Source: Pyrinomonadaceae bacterium
Lineage (GTDB): Bacteria; Acidobacteriota; Blastocatellia; Pyrinomonadales; Pyrinomonadaceae
Length of the DNA: 64,000 nucleotides
Direction of reading: 5' to 3'
NCBI GenBank assembly: GCA_036387475.1
Contig: DASVTR010000020.1
Coordinates: forward strand, 117,870 to 181,869
Shown: positions 1 through 9,725 of the stretch, piece by piece
Position numbering within the stretch: position 1 is the first letter of the stretch
Layout: each line of letters starts with the position of its first letter
The notes under the pieces: model-generated
Told to the model about the DNA's origin: nothing
Database searches by the model: none
What the model saw: the letters and a program-made list of their open reading frames with translations, nothing else
Translations under genes and position numbers: made by a program

Positions 1-522
1 AAAACGTATCTCGTCTGCTCCGACGCCCTGATCTTCCATCAGCTTGCGAATGACAAGATACTGGTTGCTGTACTTGCTCGGAATGGCAAAGGTGCGCCCG
101 CGCAAATCTCGCAGGCTTTGCGCCGGAAGGTCTTTGCGTACCATCACGGTCGAGCCGTCACGGTGGCCCAGGTAAGCTATCTTGACAGGGACGTTTTGCT
201 CGCGCAGCTTCATCGCCAGCGGCGCGATCATAAAGGTAGCGTCAAGCCGCCCGCCCTTGATGGATTCAACAATGGTCGGGAAATCTGTGAAGCGTTGCGA
301 CTCGAACCGAGTCGTCGTGCTGGTACGGGTGGAGTAGTCCGTGACCGGGCACGTCAGGTGTCAAGTGACGGGCAAAAAGCCGACGCTCAATTGCGCACGC
401 GCCAGAGCCTTTGCGTCGCCCGCCCCGCCCACATGCCGCCACGGCTTATAACGCAAGACGCCGAGCACGGCGATGAGCGCCAGAGTGCCCGCAATCCATC
501 GTGCCAGAGAAGAACGAAGCAT
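1..522 (-). pseudogene. ABC transporter substrate-binding protein, NitT/TauT (NMT1/SsuA-like) family. Only the first ~174 codons are in the window (3' end off the left edge). In-frame TGA at 361-363.
   Basis: One minus-strand frame reads MLRSSLARWIAGTLALIAVLGVL...LSVGFLPVT-(TGA)-HLTCPVTDY...GGRLDATFMIAPLAMKL...LRGRTFAIPSKYSNQYLVIRKLMEDQG. GGAGG lies 5 nt before ATG 520-522. It is the last gene after the permease and ATPase. Confidence 0.7.
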
Positions 523-607
523 GCTAACTCCTCCGAAGTAAGTCTGGAGTCTGGAGGCTAAAGTCAAAGACACATCTGCTTTTGACTCCAGACTCACAAC
601 TAATGTT

Positions 608-1351
608 TTACGTCTGCACCAGCGCCTTTTCCGTGTCCTGTTCTAATCCCAGTTCCATCAGGATGCGATGAACGGCGCTGACGACTACAGGGTGCGTCGG
701 GTCGCGCGGGCGCTCCAGCTCCAAACGCAATTCGCAGCGAATCGTCGTTGGGCGTTCGGAGAGAACGACGACGCGGTCTGCCAACTGCGCGGCTTCCTCT
801 ATGTCGTGCGTAACGAGGACGACCGTGCGCGGTCTCTCTTTCAGCATCCGCGCCAGTTCGCGGCGCAGACGCAGGCGCGTCAGATAGTCCAGCGACGAGA
901 ACGGCTCGTCGAGCAGCAGCGTGTCTGTCTCGCCTGAAAGGGCGCGCGCTAGCTCTACGCGCTGCCGCATTCCACCCGATAACTGGTGCGGGTAATGCTG
1001 CTCAAAGCCTTTGAGCTTGATGAGCGAAATCATTTCGTTTAGTTGCCGTTTGCGCTCTGCTTCGTCTTTAATCTCGCCGAGGCCCATAGAGATGTTCTCG
1101 GCGACGGTTGACCAGGGAAAGAGTCCGTCCTGCTGGTAGACCATGCGCACGCGCCCCGTGCAGACGACGCGCCCCTCGCTTGGGCGGTCGAAGCCGGAAA
1201 AGAGGTTGAGCAGCGTCGTCTTGCCGCAGCCCGATGGGCCAACAATGGCGACGAACTCGCCGACCTCTACATCCAGCGAGAGGTGACGTAAGACTTCCAA
1301 CTCGCCGAAGGAACGCGAGACGTTTTCCAAACGCAAAGGCTTATCGTTCAT
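608..1351 (-). CDS. ABC transporter ATP-binding protein (NitT/TauT family)
   Basis: Walker A GPSGCGKTT, signature LSGGMRQR, Walker B LLLDEPFS. Confidence 0.9.
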   Translation of the reverse strand: MNDKPLRLENVSRSFGELEVLRHLSLDVEVGEFVAIVGPSGCGKTTLLNLFSGFDRPSEGRVVCTGRVRMVYQQDGLFPWSTVAENISMGLGEIKDEAERKRQLNEMISLIKLKGFEQHYPHQLSGGMRQRVELARALSGETDTLLLDEPFSSLDYLTRLRLRRELARMLKERPRTVVLVTHDIEEAAQLADRVVVLSERPTTIRCELRLELERPRDPTHPVVVSAVHRILMELGLEQDTEKALVQT

Positions 1352-2168
1352 AACCCCAACGAACGCTCTTAATCAGCGTCAAACGTAAAAGAATCCGGTC
1401 AATCAGGACACCGATCAATCCTATGACGATCATGCCGACCACCAGCAAATCCATGCGCAGGCCGTTGCGCGCGTCCCAGACTGCAAAGCCCAGCCCGTCG
1501 CGCCCCGCTATCATCTCCGCCGCGACGACGACGACCCAAGCCAGCCCCGCTGTCACGCGCAGAGCCGTGATGACCTGCGGCGCGATGGCCGGGAGCGTCA
1601 CACGCGTCGAGAGCCGCGCGCCGCTCAAGCCGTAATTGCGCGCGACGCGAAAGTAAACGGCGGGGATGTTTGCCACCGCCGCAATCGTCGCCAGCACTAT
1701 CGGGAAAAAAGAGGCCATGAAGATGAGGAAGATGGCGGGCACGTCGCCGATGCCAAACCAGAGAATCGCAAACGGAATCCACGCCAGCGGCGAAAGATTG
1801 CGGAAGAAGTTGACGGCAGGCAAAAGCGCAGCACGCGCACGCGCACGATTGCCCATGACGAGTCCGAGCGGAAGGCCCAAGCCTACGGCCAGCGCAAAGC
1901 CCGTCGTGACGCGAAAGAGCGAAGCGATGAGATCATTGAGCAGTCGCCCTGTGCGCACTTCTTCGACAAAGCCACGGGCGACCGCCGGCGGCGACGGAAA
2001 GGCCGATTCGGGAAACACGCGCAATAGCGCCAGCGCCGTCCAGATGAGCAATGCCATGAGCAGCACTACCAGCGGAAGCAGCCGCGCCTTCGGGGGAAGT
2101 TTCTCTTCAGTCATACACAGCGAAGGCCGTGCCGCCAATCCTTCATCTGACAATAAAGCCCGCGCCAT
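1341..2168 (-). CDS. ABC transporter permease (NitT/TauT family)
   Basis: Multi-TM protein whose 3' end overlaps the ATPase start by 11 nt. The start may be the internal MTEEK codon (ATG 2112-2114). Confidence 0.8.
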   Translation of the reverse strand: MARALLSDEGLAARPSLCMTEEKLPPKARLLPLVVLLMALLIWTALALLRVFPESAFPSPPAVARGFVEEVRTGRLLNDLIASLFRVTTGFALAVGLGLPLGLVMGNRARARAALLPAVNFFRNLSPLAWIPFAILWFGIGDVPAIFLIFMASFFPIVLATIAAVANIPAVYFRVARNYGLSGARLSTRVTLPAIAPQVITALRVTAGLAWVVVVAAEMIAGRDGLGFAVWDARNGLRMDLLVVGMIVIGLIGVLIDRILLRLTLIKSVRWGYER

Positions 2169-2385
2169 TCGGCGAGACTCATGCGGCTCATGCCTGAAAC
2201 GTTATCTTATAACATCACTTGAGCGATAACGAAGAAAGGGTGATGAGTAGTAACCTCTAGTTTCAAGATAGTTCATTCAAAAGAGAATCCGGGCTTGCTG
2301 CCCGCACGTTGACGAAGCGAGGCACTTTACGGTAGAAGCGGTAAGTCTTCACATTAACGTTCTAATAAATTTTGGAGGTCAAGAT

Positions 2386-2763
2386 ATGACAGATGCAGGA
2401 AACCCGACGAATATCAGACAGAACTTCGATAATCCGGATGAGACCCGCCCGTTTGAAAAGGGACGGGCTGAAGTCGTGGAAGTCAGCGGTGTCACGCTGA
2501 TGCGCGCGACGTTCGAACCCGGATGGAGTTGGTCAGAATGTGTCAAGCCCATTGCCGGGACGGAGAGTTGTCAGGTCTCGCACAAATGGTATGTCGTTTC
2601 CGGGCGCATGAAAATGCGTATGGATGACGGCACGGAAATCGAATGGAGGGCAGGCGATGTGGGCGTTGTCCCGGCGGGACATGATGCATGGGTCGAAGGC
2701 TCAGAGCCGTTCGTCTTTATAGATTTTGAGGGCGGCAACACGTTTGCTAAACCCCAGAGCTAA
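2386..2763 (+). CDS. cupin domain protein
   Basis: 125 aa of small beta-barrel type (...GWSWSECVKP...HKWYVVSGRMKMRMDDGTE...AGDVGVVPAGHDAWV). GGAGG lies upstream of the ATG. Confidence 0.65.
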   Translation: MTDAGNPTNIRQNFDNPDETRPFEKGRAEVVEVSGVTLMRATFEPGWSWSECVKPIAGTESCQVSHKWYVVSGRMKMRMDDGTEIEWRAGDVGVVPAGHDAWVEGSEPFVFIDFEGGNTFAKPQS

Positions 2764-2825
2764 CCTGTTTGAATGAAACTCAGGTCTAAAGCCTGACACC
2801 TGCGACCTTAAAGGAGAGCAAAAGC

Positions 2826-3014
2826 ATGGCCGACGAAAATCAGATTATCGAGAATCAGAAACAGATTCTGGCGAATCAGGAAAGAATCGAGGGTAACCAG
2901 CGACAGCTTCTATCGAATCAGGAAAAACTCGATCAGGTGCTCGCCAACCAAGCCCGCATGGAAGCCAACCAAGAAAAGATTCTGGCGAATCAGGAAAAGA
3001 TTCTGGCGAAATAA
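2826..3014 (+). CDS. 62-aa Asn-Gln heptad-repeat (coiled-coil-like) protein, function unknown
   Basis: AAGGAG SD 7 nt upstream and a perfect terminator hairpin downstream. The sequence is built from ANQEKIL-type heptads. Confidence 0.7.
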   Translation: MADENQIIENQKQILANQERIEGNQRQLLSNQEKLDQVLANQARMEANQEKILANQEKILAK

Positions 3015-3056
3015 TGCCCTACGGCTTCACAAAAGCTGGGTCAACCGCCCCATGAC

Positions 3057-3088
3057 AAAGAGGCGACCGGTTAACCGGTCGCCTCTTT
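3057..3088 (+). terminator. rho-independent terminator
   Basis: aaagaggcgaccgg-ttaa-ccggtcgcctcttt: perfect 14-bp stem followed by a T-rich tail. Confidence 0.75.
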
Positions 3089-3338
3089 ATCGTTTATTCA
3101 TACTGAGACGCAAACGCCCTTCCTTAGAGGGCGGCGCGAGTTTAGTGCTGCTGCCTGAATTTTAAGCGCCGAGGATGAGCGGCTGTGCGTTGCGGCGCAA
3201 CCGTTTCAGTAGCGCGCCGGACTTTGGCGCGTTTGCTCGACGTGGCGTCCAGATGTTTTCAAAATAATCAACCGCCGCGTATCCTGCATCATAAAGTCAG
3301 CCTGCAAAGAATGGCGAAACTGAATGAGGAGAGCATAG

Positions 3339-4097
3339 ATGCCTGACAATTTGACGGGCGCGAAAGAGAGCGCCAACCAGAGAAGCATCATCACACATGC
3401 GGTGCTGATAGGTCTGACTCCGCTCATCCCCGTGCCGTTCATTGACGATGTGGTGAAAGGCTATTTTCAAAGAAGGCTGGTGCGTATGCTCTCCGCCGCG
3501 CATGGACGTGAGGTGAGCGCCGAAGATATAGCAACACTCACGGAGGATCGCGGCAGCGGGTGTCTGCGCGGCTGTCTGGGCCAGGCGTTCATCTTTCCGC
3601 TCAAGATGATTTTCCGCAAAGTCTTTTTCTTCCTCGAATGGAAACGCGCTGTTGATCTGACGAGCCAGTCTTACCATCAAGGCTATTTGCTCGATTACTC
3701 TCTGCGCGAAGGATGGCTGGCTCGCCCGCCGCGCGCCAGAAGCGCCGCCGAAGTTCGAGCGGCCATTGACGAAGTTTGCCGCGAGTCGCCCATCAGGCCC
3801 GTCGAAAGCGCTATTAAACTCTCTTTCGGGCAATCAAAGAGTATGCTGAAGGCCGGAGCAAGAGTGCTGGAACGAGCGCTCAAGCGAATCACCGGAAGAC
3901 CCGACGACGCGCAGTTATCGGAAGCCGTGACAGCGGTCGAGGCAGAGGAAGAAAGAGAGATTGGAGGCGTCGTCAGCCGTCTACAGCGATCAATCGAGGC
4001 CATTCCCGACGAGCATTTCAATAGCTTGCGCACGCGATTAGCGGCCCGCTTGCGAGCGCAGCCCACTTTAACGCAAGGTAGCGGGAGACGAAGTTAA
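3339..4097 (+). CDS. hypothetical protein
   Basis: 252-aa ORF with GAGGAG upstream. No family recognised. Confidence 0.55.
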   Translation: MPDNLTGAKESANQRSIITHAVLIGLTPLIPVPFIDDVVKGYFQRRLVRMLSAAHGREVSAEDIATLTEDRGSGCLRGCLGQAFIFPLKMIFRKVFFFLEWKRAVDLTSQSYHQGYLLDYSLREGWLARPPRARSAAEVRAAIDEVCRESPIRPVESAIKLSFGQSKSMLKAGARVLERALKRITGRPDDAQLSEAVTAVEAEEEREIGGVVSRLQRSIEAIPDEHFNSLRTRLAARLRAQPTLTQGSGRRS

Positions 4098-4123
4098 CCG
4101 TCGCTCTCAGGCTAGCCGCGCTC

Positions 4124-5521
4124 TTATGAAATCTCTACGGCGTCAATTCGGCTGCGCTCTGCTTCATTGCCGAGCGCCTCAATCTCTTCGCGGATAACGC
4201 GGCGCTCTACGAGCAGTCGTTTGAAGAACCAGCGGCGCTTGATGAAATAGATGACGGCCTTCGCTCCTCCGATGAAGTTTTCCCACTCTTCCGCGAAGCG
4301 TATTGCCACGAAGCCTGAGACGGGAACGACAAACAGCGAGGCGAGCGCTATGGGCCAGCCGAGCCATCGGAAGCACAAGACGGCTACGCCAATCCACGTC
4401 AAAGGAAAGAGCAGCATCGCGGCGATAATCTTGAAGGTTGAGACGACATCGTCTTCGGCCTTTATGATTCCGGTGACCAAGAAGCCTGAGAGCCAGTAGA
4501 CAGGGTAGTGCACGATTGTTCCGAGCAGTGCCAGCGGAAGCAGTAAGAGAAAGACGGCGAGGCGCTCGATGAGGTGTCTGACGACGGCGCGCGTCGAAGT
4601 CGGGGGCGAGAGCTTGTGCGGGTCTAAGCCCGCCTGTTTTAATTCTTCTTCATAACGGCGCAGCCGTGCGTCGAGCGCAGCGAGTCTTTCGGGCTGATGC
4701 ACGCGATGAAAGGCATAACCCTCTACGAAGCGGCGGCGCAGCATCAACTCGCGCTTCAAATCGGGCGCGCGCAAAGAAGACTGCTCCTCCGCCGAGTAGA
4801 TTTTTTCAGCCCGGTCGATGAGTTGCAGCGGCTCTTCGTGCTCGACGTTGAGAGTGATTTTCAGCAGCGCGTCGCGGATGCGATTCGAAAGCGCATGCAC
4901 AGCCTCGCGCGGCGGGTCGCCGTCTTCCTTAAGCACAACGGGTTCGACCGTGAGCGGCTCGCCGAAGTAGAGCAGAGCATTGCTGCGAAAGGTCTTCTTC
5001 GCTGTGTAGTAAAGACCGGCGGGCACAATCCTGACATCGAGGCCCGCGCCCGAAGAGGCCGCGCCAAGGGCGATTCGCGCCGCGCCCGTCTTCAAAGGCT
5101 TCAACTGCGTGTCGTTGTGCGAGACGCCTTCGGGGCAAATGGCAATCGTGCCGCCGCGCGCGAGCAGTGCGCATGCCGCCTCAAACGTCTCGCGGTTGCG
5201 CGCCGGGTCGCTGCCCTTGTCCTGCCGCCTGTAAACGGGCAAAGAATCCAGAGCGCGTACGAGCGAACTGATGACGGGCATCCGAAAGAGCGGCGCTTTG
5301 GCGAGAAAAGAGACGCTGCGCGGCGCAAGACACAACAGGAAAACAGGGTCAACCAACCCGTTCGGATGATTCAATACGAAGATGACTGGCCGGTCGAGCG
5401 GGACGCGCTCCAGCCCCGCGACTTCGATGTGTCGAAAGAAGACGCGCAGCGCCAGCCGCAAGACCGCCGTGATGATTCGCCTCGTCAATGGCCCACAGCA
5501 CCTCCGCCAAACGGCGCGCAA
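4124..5521 (-). CDS. lysophospholipid / glycerol-phosphate acyltransferase family protein (PlsC-like) with C-terminal TM segments
   Basis: Acyltransferase blocks LNHPNGLVDP and CPEGVSH, plus a hydrophobic C-terminal region. Confidence 0.75.
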   Translation of the reverse strand: MRAVWRRCCGPLTRRIITAVLRLALRVFFRHIEVAGLERVPLDRPVIFVLNHPNGLVDPVFLLCLAPRSVSFLAKAPLFRMPVISSLVRALDSLPVYRRQDKGSDPARNRETFEAACALLARGGTIAICPEGVSHNDTQLKPLKTGAARIALGAASSGAGLDVRIVPAGLYYTAKKTFRSNALLYFGEPLTVEPVVLKEDGDPPREAVHALSNRIRDALLKITLNVEHEEPLQLIDRAEKIYSAEEQSSLRAPDLKRELMLRRRFVEGYAFHRVHQPERLAALDARLRRYEEELKQAGLDPHKLSPPTSTRAVVRHLIERLAVFLLLLPLALLGTIVHYPVYWLSGFLVTGIIKAEDDVVSTFKIIAAMLLFPLTWIGVAVLCFRWLGWPIALASLFVVPVSGFVAIRFAEEWENFIGGAKAVIYFIKRRWFFKRLLVERRVIREEIEALGNEAERSRIDAVEIS

Positions 5522-5661
5522 TAAATGCTCGCGCTCGCGTCCAACGACGGCAGGTTATATCGCAACGATGAGAAGCGGGCAAATAAAATCAGCTACAGAG
5601 AACTCAGAGAACGCATGTGGCTATCTATTGCATCTAGTCAGGCGCTTTAATGCCTGGCGGG

Positions 5662-7209
5662 CTATGGAGCAATCTGCACGAACTTAATCTTGTAGGCCTT
5701 ATCAACCAACTCGCGCCGTGATTCTTCTCGCGCGTGAGCGCTTAACCATGCTGCTCCCTGCGGTTGAGAGAGCAGTTGCTCAATCGCTGTGACCTCAAGC
5801 CAGACTGTCCCGCCCGCACTGTAAATACTGCGTAGCTCATTTTCCAACTCATCGGTCGTGCCCGTCTTCAGTTGCTTCCAGACGGTCGGCGGATTGAAGT
5901 ATCTGAACAGGCTGGCGTCCGCATTTGTCAAATAGTAGTAGATGACAGTCCCTCTCGGCCAGACACGGTTCATCTCCAAGGCCAACGCGAGCGGCGGGTA
6001 TTTCTCGACGTGAGAATAAGGAAAGATGAGAAAGAGAAAATTGCAGAGGCTCATCACGGCGACGATGAGAGCCAACGCATACGTCCGCGCGGGAGGCAAG
6101 AGAGATTCGCCCCGCGCGAGCAGGATTCCGATGAGCAGGATTAAAGCCGGGAGATAGAAGAGCCTGTAAAAAGTGTGGTGCGGCAGCCAGACGAAGAGAA
6201 AGGCCGTGTACACCGAAATCCATAGCACGCACAGCAGCAGCACAGGCTTCAACCGTGAATCATAATTTATCGCCCGCTGCCAGCGCGTTTTCAATTCGCG
6301 CAAGTTGCGTATCACTGTCAGGAAAAGGAGCGCGACCAGAATTGCCAGAACTATCATCAGCACGACGATGAAAGGATTCGTGATGCCCCTGAGCAGATTG
6401 AACCTGCCGCCGAAGAAGAGTCGCGTGAAACCGCGCAGCGTGTATGAGAGATTGCTTCCCGCGTTAAAGCTAAAGCTGGCGTCTGGCGAGAAGGATGTTA
6501 TCCAGCGCATCAAGCTACTGAAATCAAGTGTTCCGGTCGCCAGGTAGAAGAAGTAATAGTACAAGCCGAAAGTTAAGACGAACGCGGCGATGCTAAACTT
6601 GAGGACTGTCAATACTCTTTGCCTTGCAGCCTGCGCCGGAGTTTGCCAAAACAATCCCAAGACCAGCACCGGAAAGAAGACGACGGCCAACTGGTGAAAA
6701 CACATGCTCAACGAATAACAGAGCGCCAGCACCAGCGGCCTCTGTTTATTATCCGGCAGGATTAAATAAAAACTGAGCAGGATGAAAAGCACGCTCGGCA
6801 CGTAAGCATTAGCGTCAATGGAAAATTTCCACCACGTCGCCGAGAAAGCGAACAGAAAGGTGAGTGCGGCAGAGAGGTATAGAGAGAGCGCGGTGAGTCG
6901 TAAGATATGAAAGAGCACGAGTGCGGCCAAAGCGCTCAAGAAGCTATTCGTGATTTGTAAAACCGTAAGCGCCCTCGCCTCCAGACCGATGCCCCGCACC
7001 GCTCTGTAGATGAGATAGCCGAACCCCTCGTAAAAAAGATGGTTCGGGTGAATCAGTGAGGTGTCCAGCGCGGGCGCGCTTTCAATCGTCCAGGCAAAGT
7101 CAACGCCGTCGAAGAAATACTGTTTGGTCGGAAAGCAGAGGTAAACCAGCAAGACCACCGCACAGGTAATCCAGGGTACTAAGTTGGCTCGATCTTTAGT
7201 CATAGACAT
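5662..7209 (-). CDS. polytopic membrane protein, possibly a GT-C (ArnT/PMT-like) glycosyltransferase
   Basis: 515 aa with more than 10 hydrophobic segments and an acidic first loop (YFFDGVDF). The functional call is weak. Confidence 0.5.
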   Translation of the reverse strand: MSMTKDRANLVPWITCAVVLLVYLCFPTKQYFFDGVDFAWTIESAPALDTSLIHPNHLFYEGFGYLIYRAVRGIGLEARALTVLQITNSFLSALAALVLFHILRLTALSLYLSAALTFLFAFSATWWKFSIDANAYVPSVLFILLSFYLILPDNKQRPLVLALCYSLSMCFHQLAVVFFPVLVLGLFWQTPAQAARQRVLTVLKFSIAAFVLTFGLYYYFFYLATGTLDFSSLMRWITSFSPDASFSFNAGSNLSYTLRGFTRLFFGGRFNLLRGITNPFIVVLMIVLAILVALLFLTVIRNLRELKTRWQRAINYDSRLKPVLLLCVLWISVYTAFLFVWLPHHTFYRLFYLPALILLIGILLARGESLLPPARTYALALIVAVMSLCNFLFLIFPYSHVEKYPPLALALEMNRVWPRGTVIYYYLTNADASLFRYFNPPTVWKQLKTGTTDELENELRSIYSAGGTVWLEVTAIEQLLSQPQGAAWLSAHAREESRRELVDKAYKIKFVQIAP

Positions 7210-7457
7210 CTTGCGCCCGATTCAAAGATTTACGGGCGGTCTGACGTTAAAATTGAACAGCAGCGGGCGCAGGCGTTCAAGATTATCCGTCAAAGCGGTT
7301 TGATTATCTCGAAGCGTTGCAGGGCAATAGCGCTTTCTAACATCCGCCCTGCTCTCCTGTCTATCTTAATCAGGCGGGCGCAGGGGATGCGCGAAATGGC
7401 GGCTTAGTGCGATAATGCGTGCGCTCCCTTAGACCAACTTTCTTGAATGAGGACAGT

Positions 7458-9602
7458 ATGAAACGCTTGTGTATCTCAGCGGTGCTCGTCGTGCTCGCGC
7501 TTGTCGGCGTCAATTTCGGGCAGACGGCCAGTTCTAAATTTACGATTAACGATTTGCTCAAGGTGCGTCGCGTCGGCGACCCGCAGATTTCGCCCGACGG
7601 GCGCTGGGTGGCCTACACGATTACTGACATGGACAAGACGGCCAATCGCGGCCTGACGCAGATTTACCTCGTGCCCGTAGAGGGCGGCGAGCCGCGTCAA
7701 CTAACGAAGGATGCGAAATCTTCGTCTGCTCCGCGCTGGTCGCCCGACGGCAAGCGCCTCGCCTTTATCTCTCAACGCGAAGGCGGGCCGCAAATCTGGA
7801 CGATGGACGTAGCCACAGGCGAGATGAAGAAGATTACCAGCATCTCAACGGGCGCAAGTGACCCCGTCTGGTCGCCCGACGGACGGATGCTGGCCTTCGT
7901 CTCAGACATTTTTCCTGAATGCACTACGGACGAGTGCAACAGGGAACGCGACGCGAAGATGGAAGAGAGCAAGGTCAAGGCGAAGATTGCCGACCGCCTG
8001 CTCTTTCGTCACTGGAACAGTTGGAAGGAAGGCAAGCGCACGCACGTCTTCGTCGTCTCGGCGGACGGCGGCGTGGCGCGCGACATGACGCCCGGCGACT
8101 ACGACGCGCCGCCCTTCTCTCTGGGTGGGCCAACCGACTACGCCTTTTCGCCAGACTCTAAGGAACTAGCCTTTGCGCGCAACACAGACAAGGTTGAAGC
8201 GACCTCTACGAACGGCGACATCTTCATCGTGCCCGTGGCATTTAAATCCATCTGCCCTCCAGGAACTCCACCAGGTGCGACCTGTGATTTCGTGCCGGGC
8301 GCGGGCGGCGAGGCGCGTCGCATCACCGAAAGCAATCGCGGCGCTGACCTTTCGCCGCAGTATTCGCCCGACGGGCGCTTCATAGCTTACCGCTCGCAGG
8401 AGCGCGCAGGCTTTGAAAGCGACCGCTGGCGCTTGATGCTCTACGACCGCCAGAGCGGGCAGTCACGCGAGTTGATGAAAAATTACGACGCTTACGTCGA
8501 TACCTTCATCTTCACGCCCGATAGCAAATATATCTACTTTGCTTCGGGCGAGCGCGGACGCCAGCCCGTTTATGTTGTGCCCGTCGCGGGCGGCGCTCCC
8601 GTCAAAGTATTGCAGGGCTTTAACGACGACATGAAACTCTCTGCGGACGGCAAAACGATGGTCTTTACGCGTTCAAGCGCCACATGGCCGACAGAGATTT
8701 TCGTCACGCGCATCGCAGACCCGCGCCAGCGTATCGCGCAGGGCGAGAGCGCCGTGACGAAGCTCACGAAAACCAACGATGCATTTTTAGCCAATTACCA
8801 GATGCCGCCCGCCGAAGAGGCTACGTGGACGGGTGGCGAAGGCGCGCAGGTTCACGGCTGGGTCTTTAAGCCCGCGCAGTGTACAGCCCAGAACAAGTGC
8901 CCGATGGTTGTTTTGATTCATGGTGGGCCACAGGGCGCTTGGAACGACAACTGGGGCTATCGCTGGAATCCGCAGGTCTTCGTCTCCGCCGGATACGTCG
9001 TCTTCATGCCGAACCCGCGCGGCTCAATCGGCTATGGGCAGAAATTTCTGGACAAGATTTCCGGCGACTGGGGCGGCAAGGTCGTCGCAGACATCTTTAA
9101 CGGCGTCGAGCACGTCCTCGGCAAGGGCTATGTTGACAAGAATCGCCTGGGCGCGGCGGGCGGCTCTTACGGCGGCTACATGGTCAACTGGATTGAGGGA
9201 CACAACACAGACCCGCGCTTCCAGTTCAAGGCTCTCGTCTCACACGCGGGCGTCTACAATCTGACGAGCATGTACGGCGCGACCGAAGAACTCTGGTTCA
9301 CGGATTGGGAGTTCAAGGGCACGCCCTGGGACAACCCTGAAATGTACACGCGCTGGTCGCCGCACATGTTCGTCAAGAATTTCAAGACGCCGATGCTGGT
9401 CGTCCACGGCGAGCTTGATTATCGCGTGCCCGTCACCGAAGGCTTGCAGCTTTTCACAGCACTCCAACGCATGAATGTTGATTCCAAACTGCTCTACTTC
9501 CCGGACGAAGGCCACTGGATTCTCAAGCCGCAGAACTCCGAGCTTTGGTACAACACAGTGCTTGGCTGGTTTGACAAATACCTGAAGCCGACCGCCACAT
9601 AA
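7458..9602 (+). CDS. S9 family serine peptidase (prolyl oligopeptidase/dipeptidyl peptidase type) with an N-terminal TolB-like propeller
   Basis: Signal peptide MKRLCISAVLVVLALVG, repeated SPDG propeller motifs, GGSYGGYM nucleophile elbow, DYRVP and DEGHW. Confidence 0.85.
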   Translation: MKRLCISAVLVVLALVGVNFGQTASSKFTINDLLKVRRVGDPQISPDGRWVAYTITDMDKTANRGLTQIYLVPVEGGEPRQLTKDAKSSSAPRWSPDGKRLAFISQREGGPQIWTMDVATGEMKKITSISTGASDPVWSPDGRMLAFVSDIFPECTTDECNRERDAKMEESKVKAKIADRLLFRHWNSWKEGKRTHVFVVSADGGVARDMTPGDYDAPPFSLGGPTDYAFSPDSKELAFARNTDKVEATSTNGDIFIVPVAFKSICPPGTPPGATCDFVPGAGGEARRITESNRGADLSPQYSPDGRFIAYRSQERAGFESDRWRLMLYDRQSGQSRELMKNYDAYVDTFIFTPDSKYIYFASGERGRQPVYVVPVAGGAPVKVLQGFNDDMKLSADGKTMVFTRSSATWPTEIFVTRIADPRQRIAQGESAVTKLTKTNDAFLANYQMPPAEEATWTGGEGAQVHGWVFKPAQCTAQNKCPMVVLIHGGPQGAWNDNWGYRWNPQVFVSAGYVVFMPNPRGSIGYGQKFLDKISGDWGGKVVADIFNGVEHVLGKGYVDKNRLGAAGGSYGGYMVNWIEGHNTDPRFQFKALVSHAGVYNLTSMYGATEELWFTDWEFKGTPWDNPEMYTRWSPHMFVKNFKTPMLVVHGELDYRVPVTEGLQLFTALQRMNVDSKLLYFPDEGHWILKPQNSELWYNTVLGWFDKYLKPTAT

Positions 9603-9609
9603 GGAACTA

Positions 9610-9682
9610 GGAACGCCGCAACGATGAACGATGAATAGAAAGCAGCTTGCCTTTCATTCATCGTTCATCGTTCCGCGTTCAT
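9610..9682. repeat. heptamer-built hairpin (GATGAAC family)
   Basis: aacgatgaacgatgaat (9620-9636) pairs with attcatcgttcatcgtt (9656-9672). It starts 8 nt after the peptidase stop. Confidence 0.8.
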
Positions 9683-9725
9683 ACTTTGTCCGTATCTGGT
9701 TTTGTTTAGCAATCCAAACTGAAGG

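Noticed and set aside
301-360. SECIS-like hairpin immediately downstream of the in-frame TGA in the substrate-binding gene.
   Set aside because: Only 4-bp stems occur within about 40 nt of the TGA. The one decent stem (7 bp, GUU loop) starts about 50 nt downstream, further than in known bacterial SECIS elements. The Sec hypothesis is kept only as a low-probability alternative.
2169-2385. Possible TPP (THI-box) riboswitch in the leader of the NMT1/THI5-like ABC importer operon.
   Set aside because: I found neither the conserved CUGAGA nor the ACCUGAUCUGGAUAAUGCCAGCG-type core on the minus strand. A cmscan would be the definitive test.
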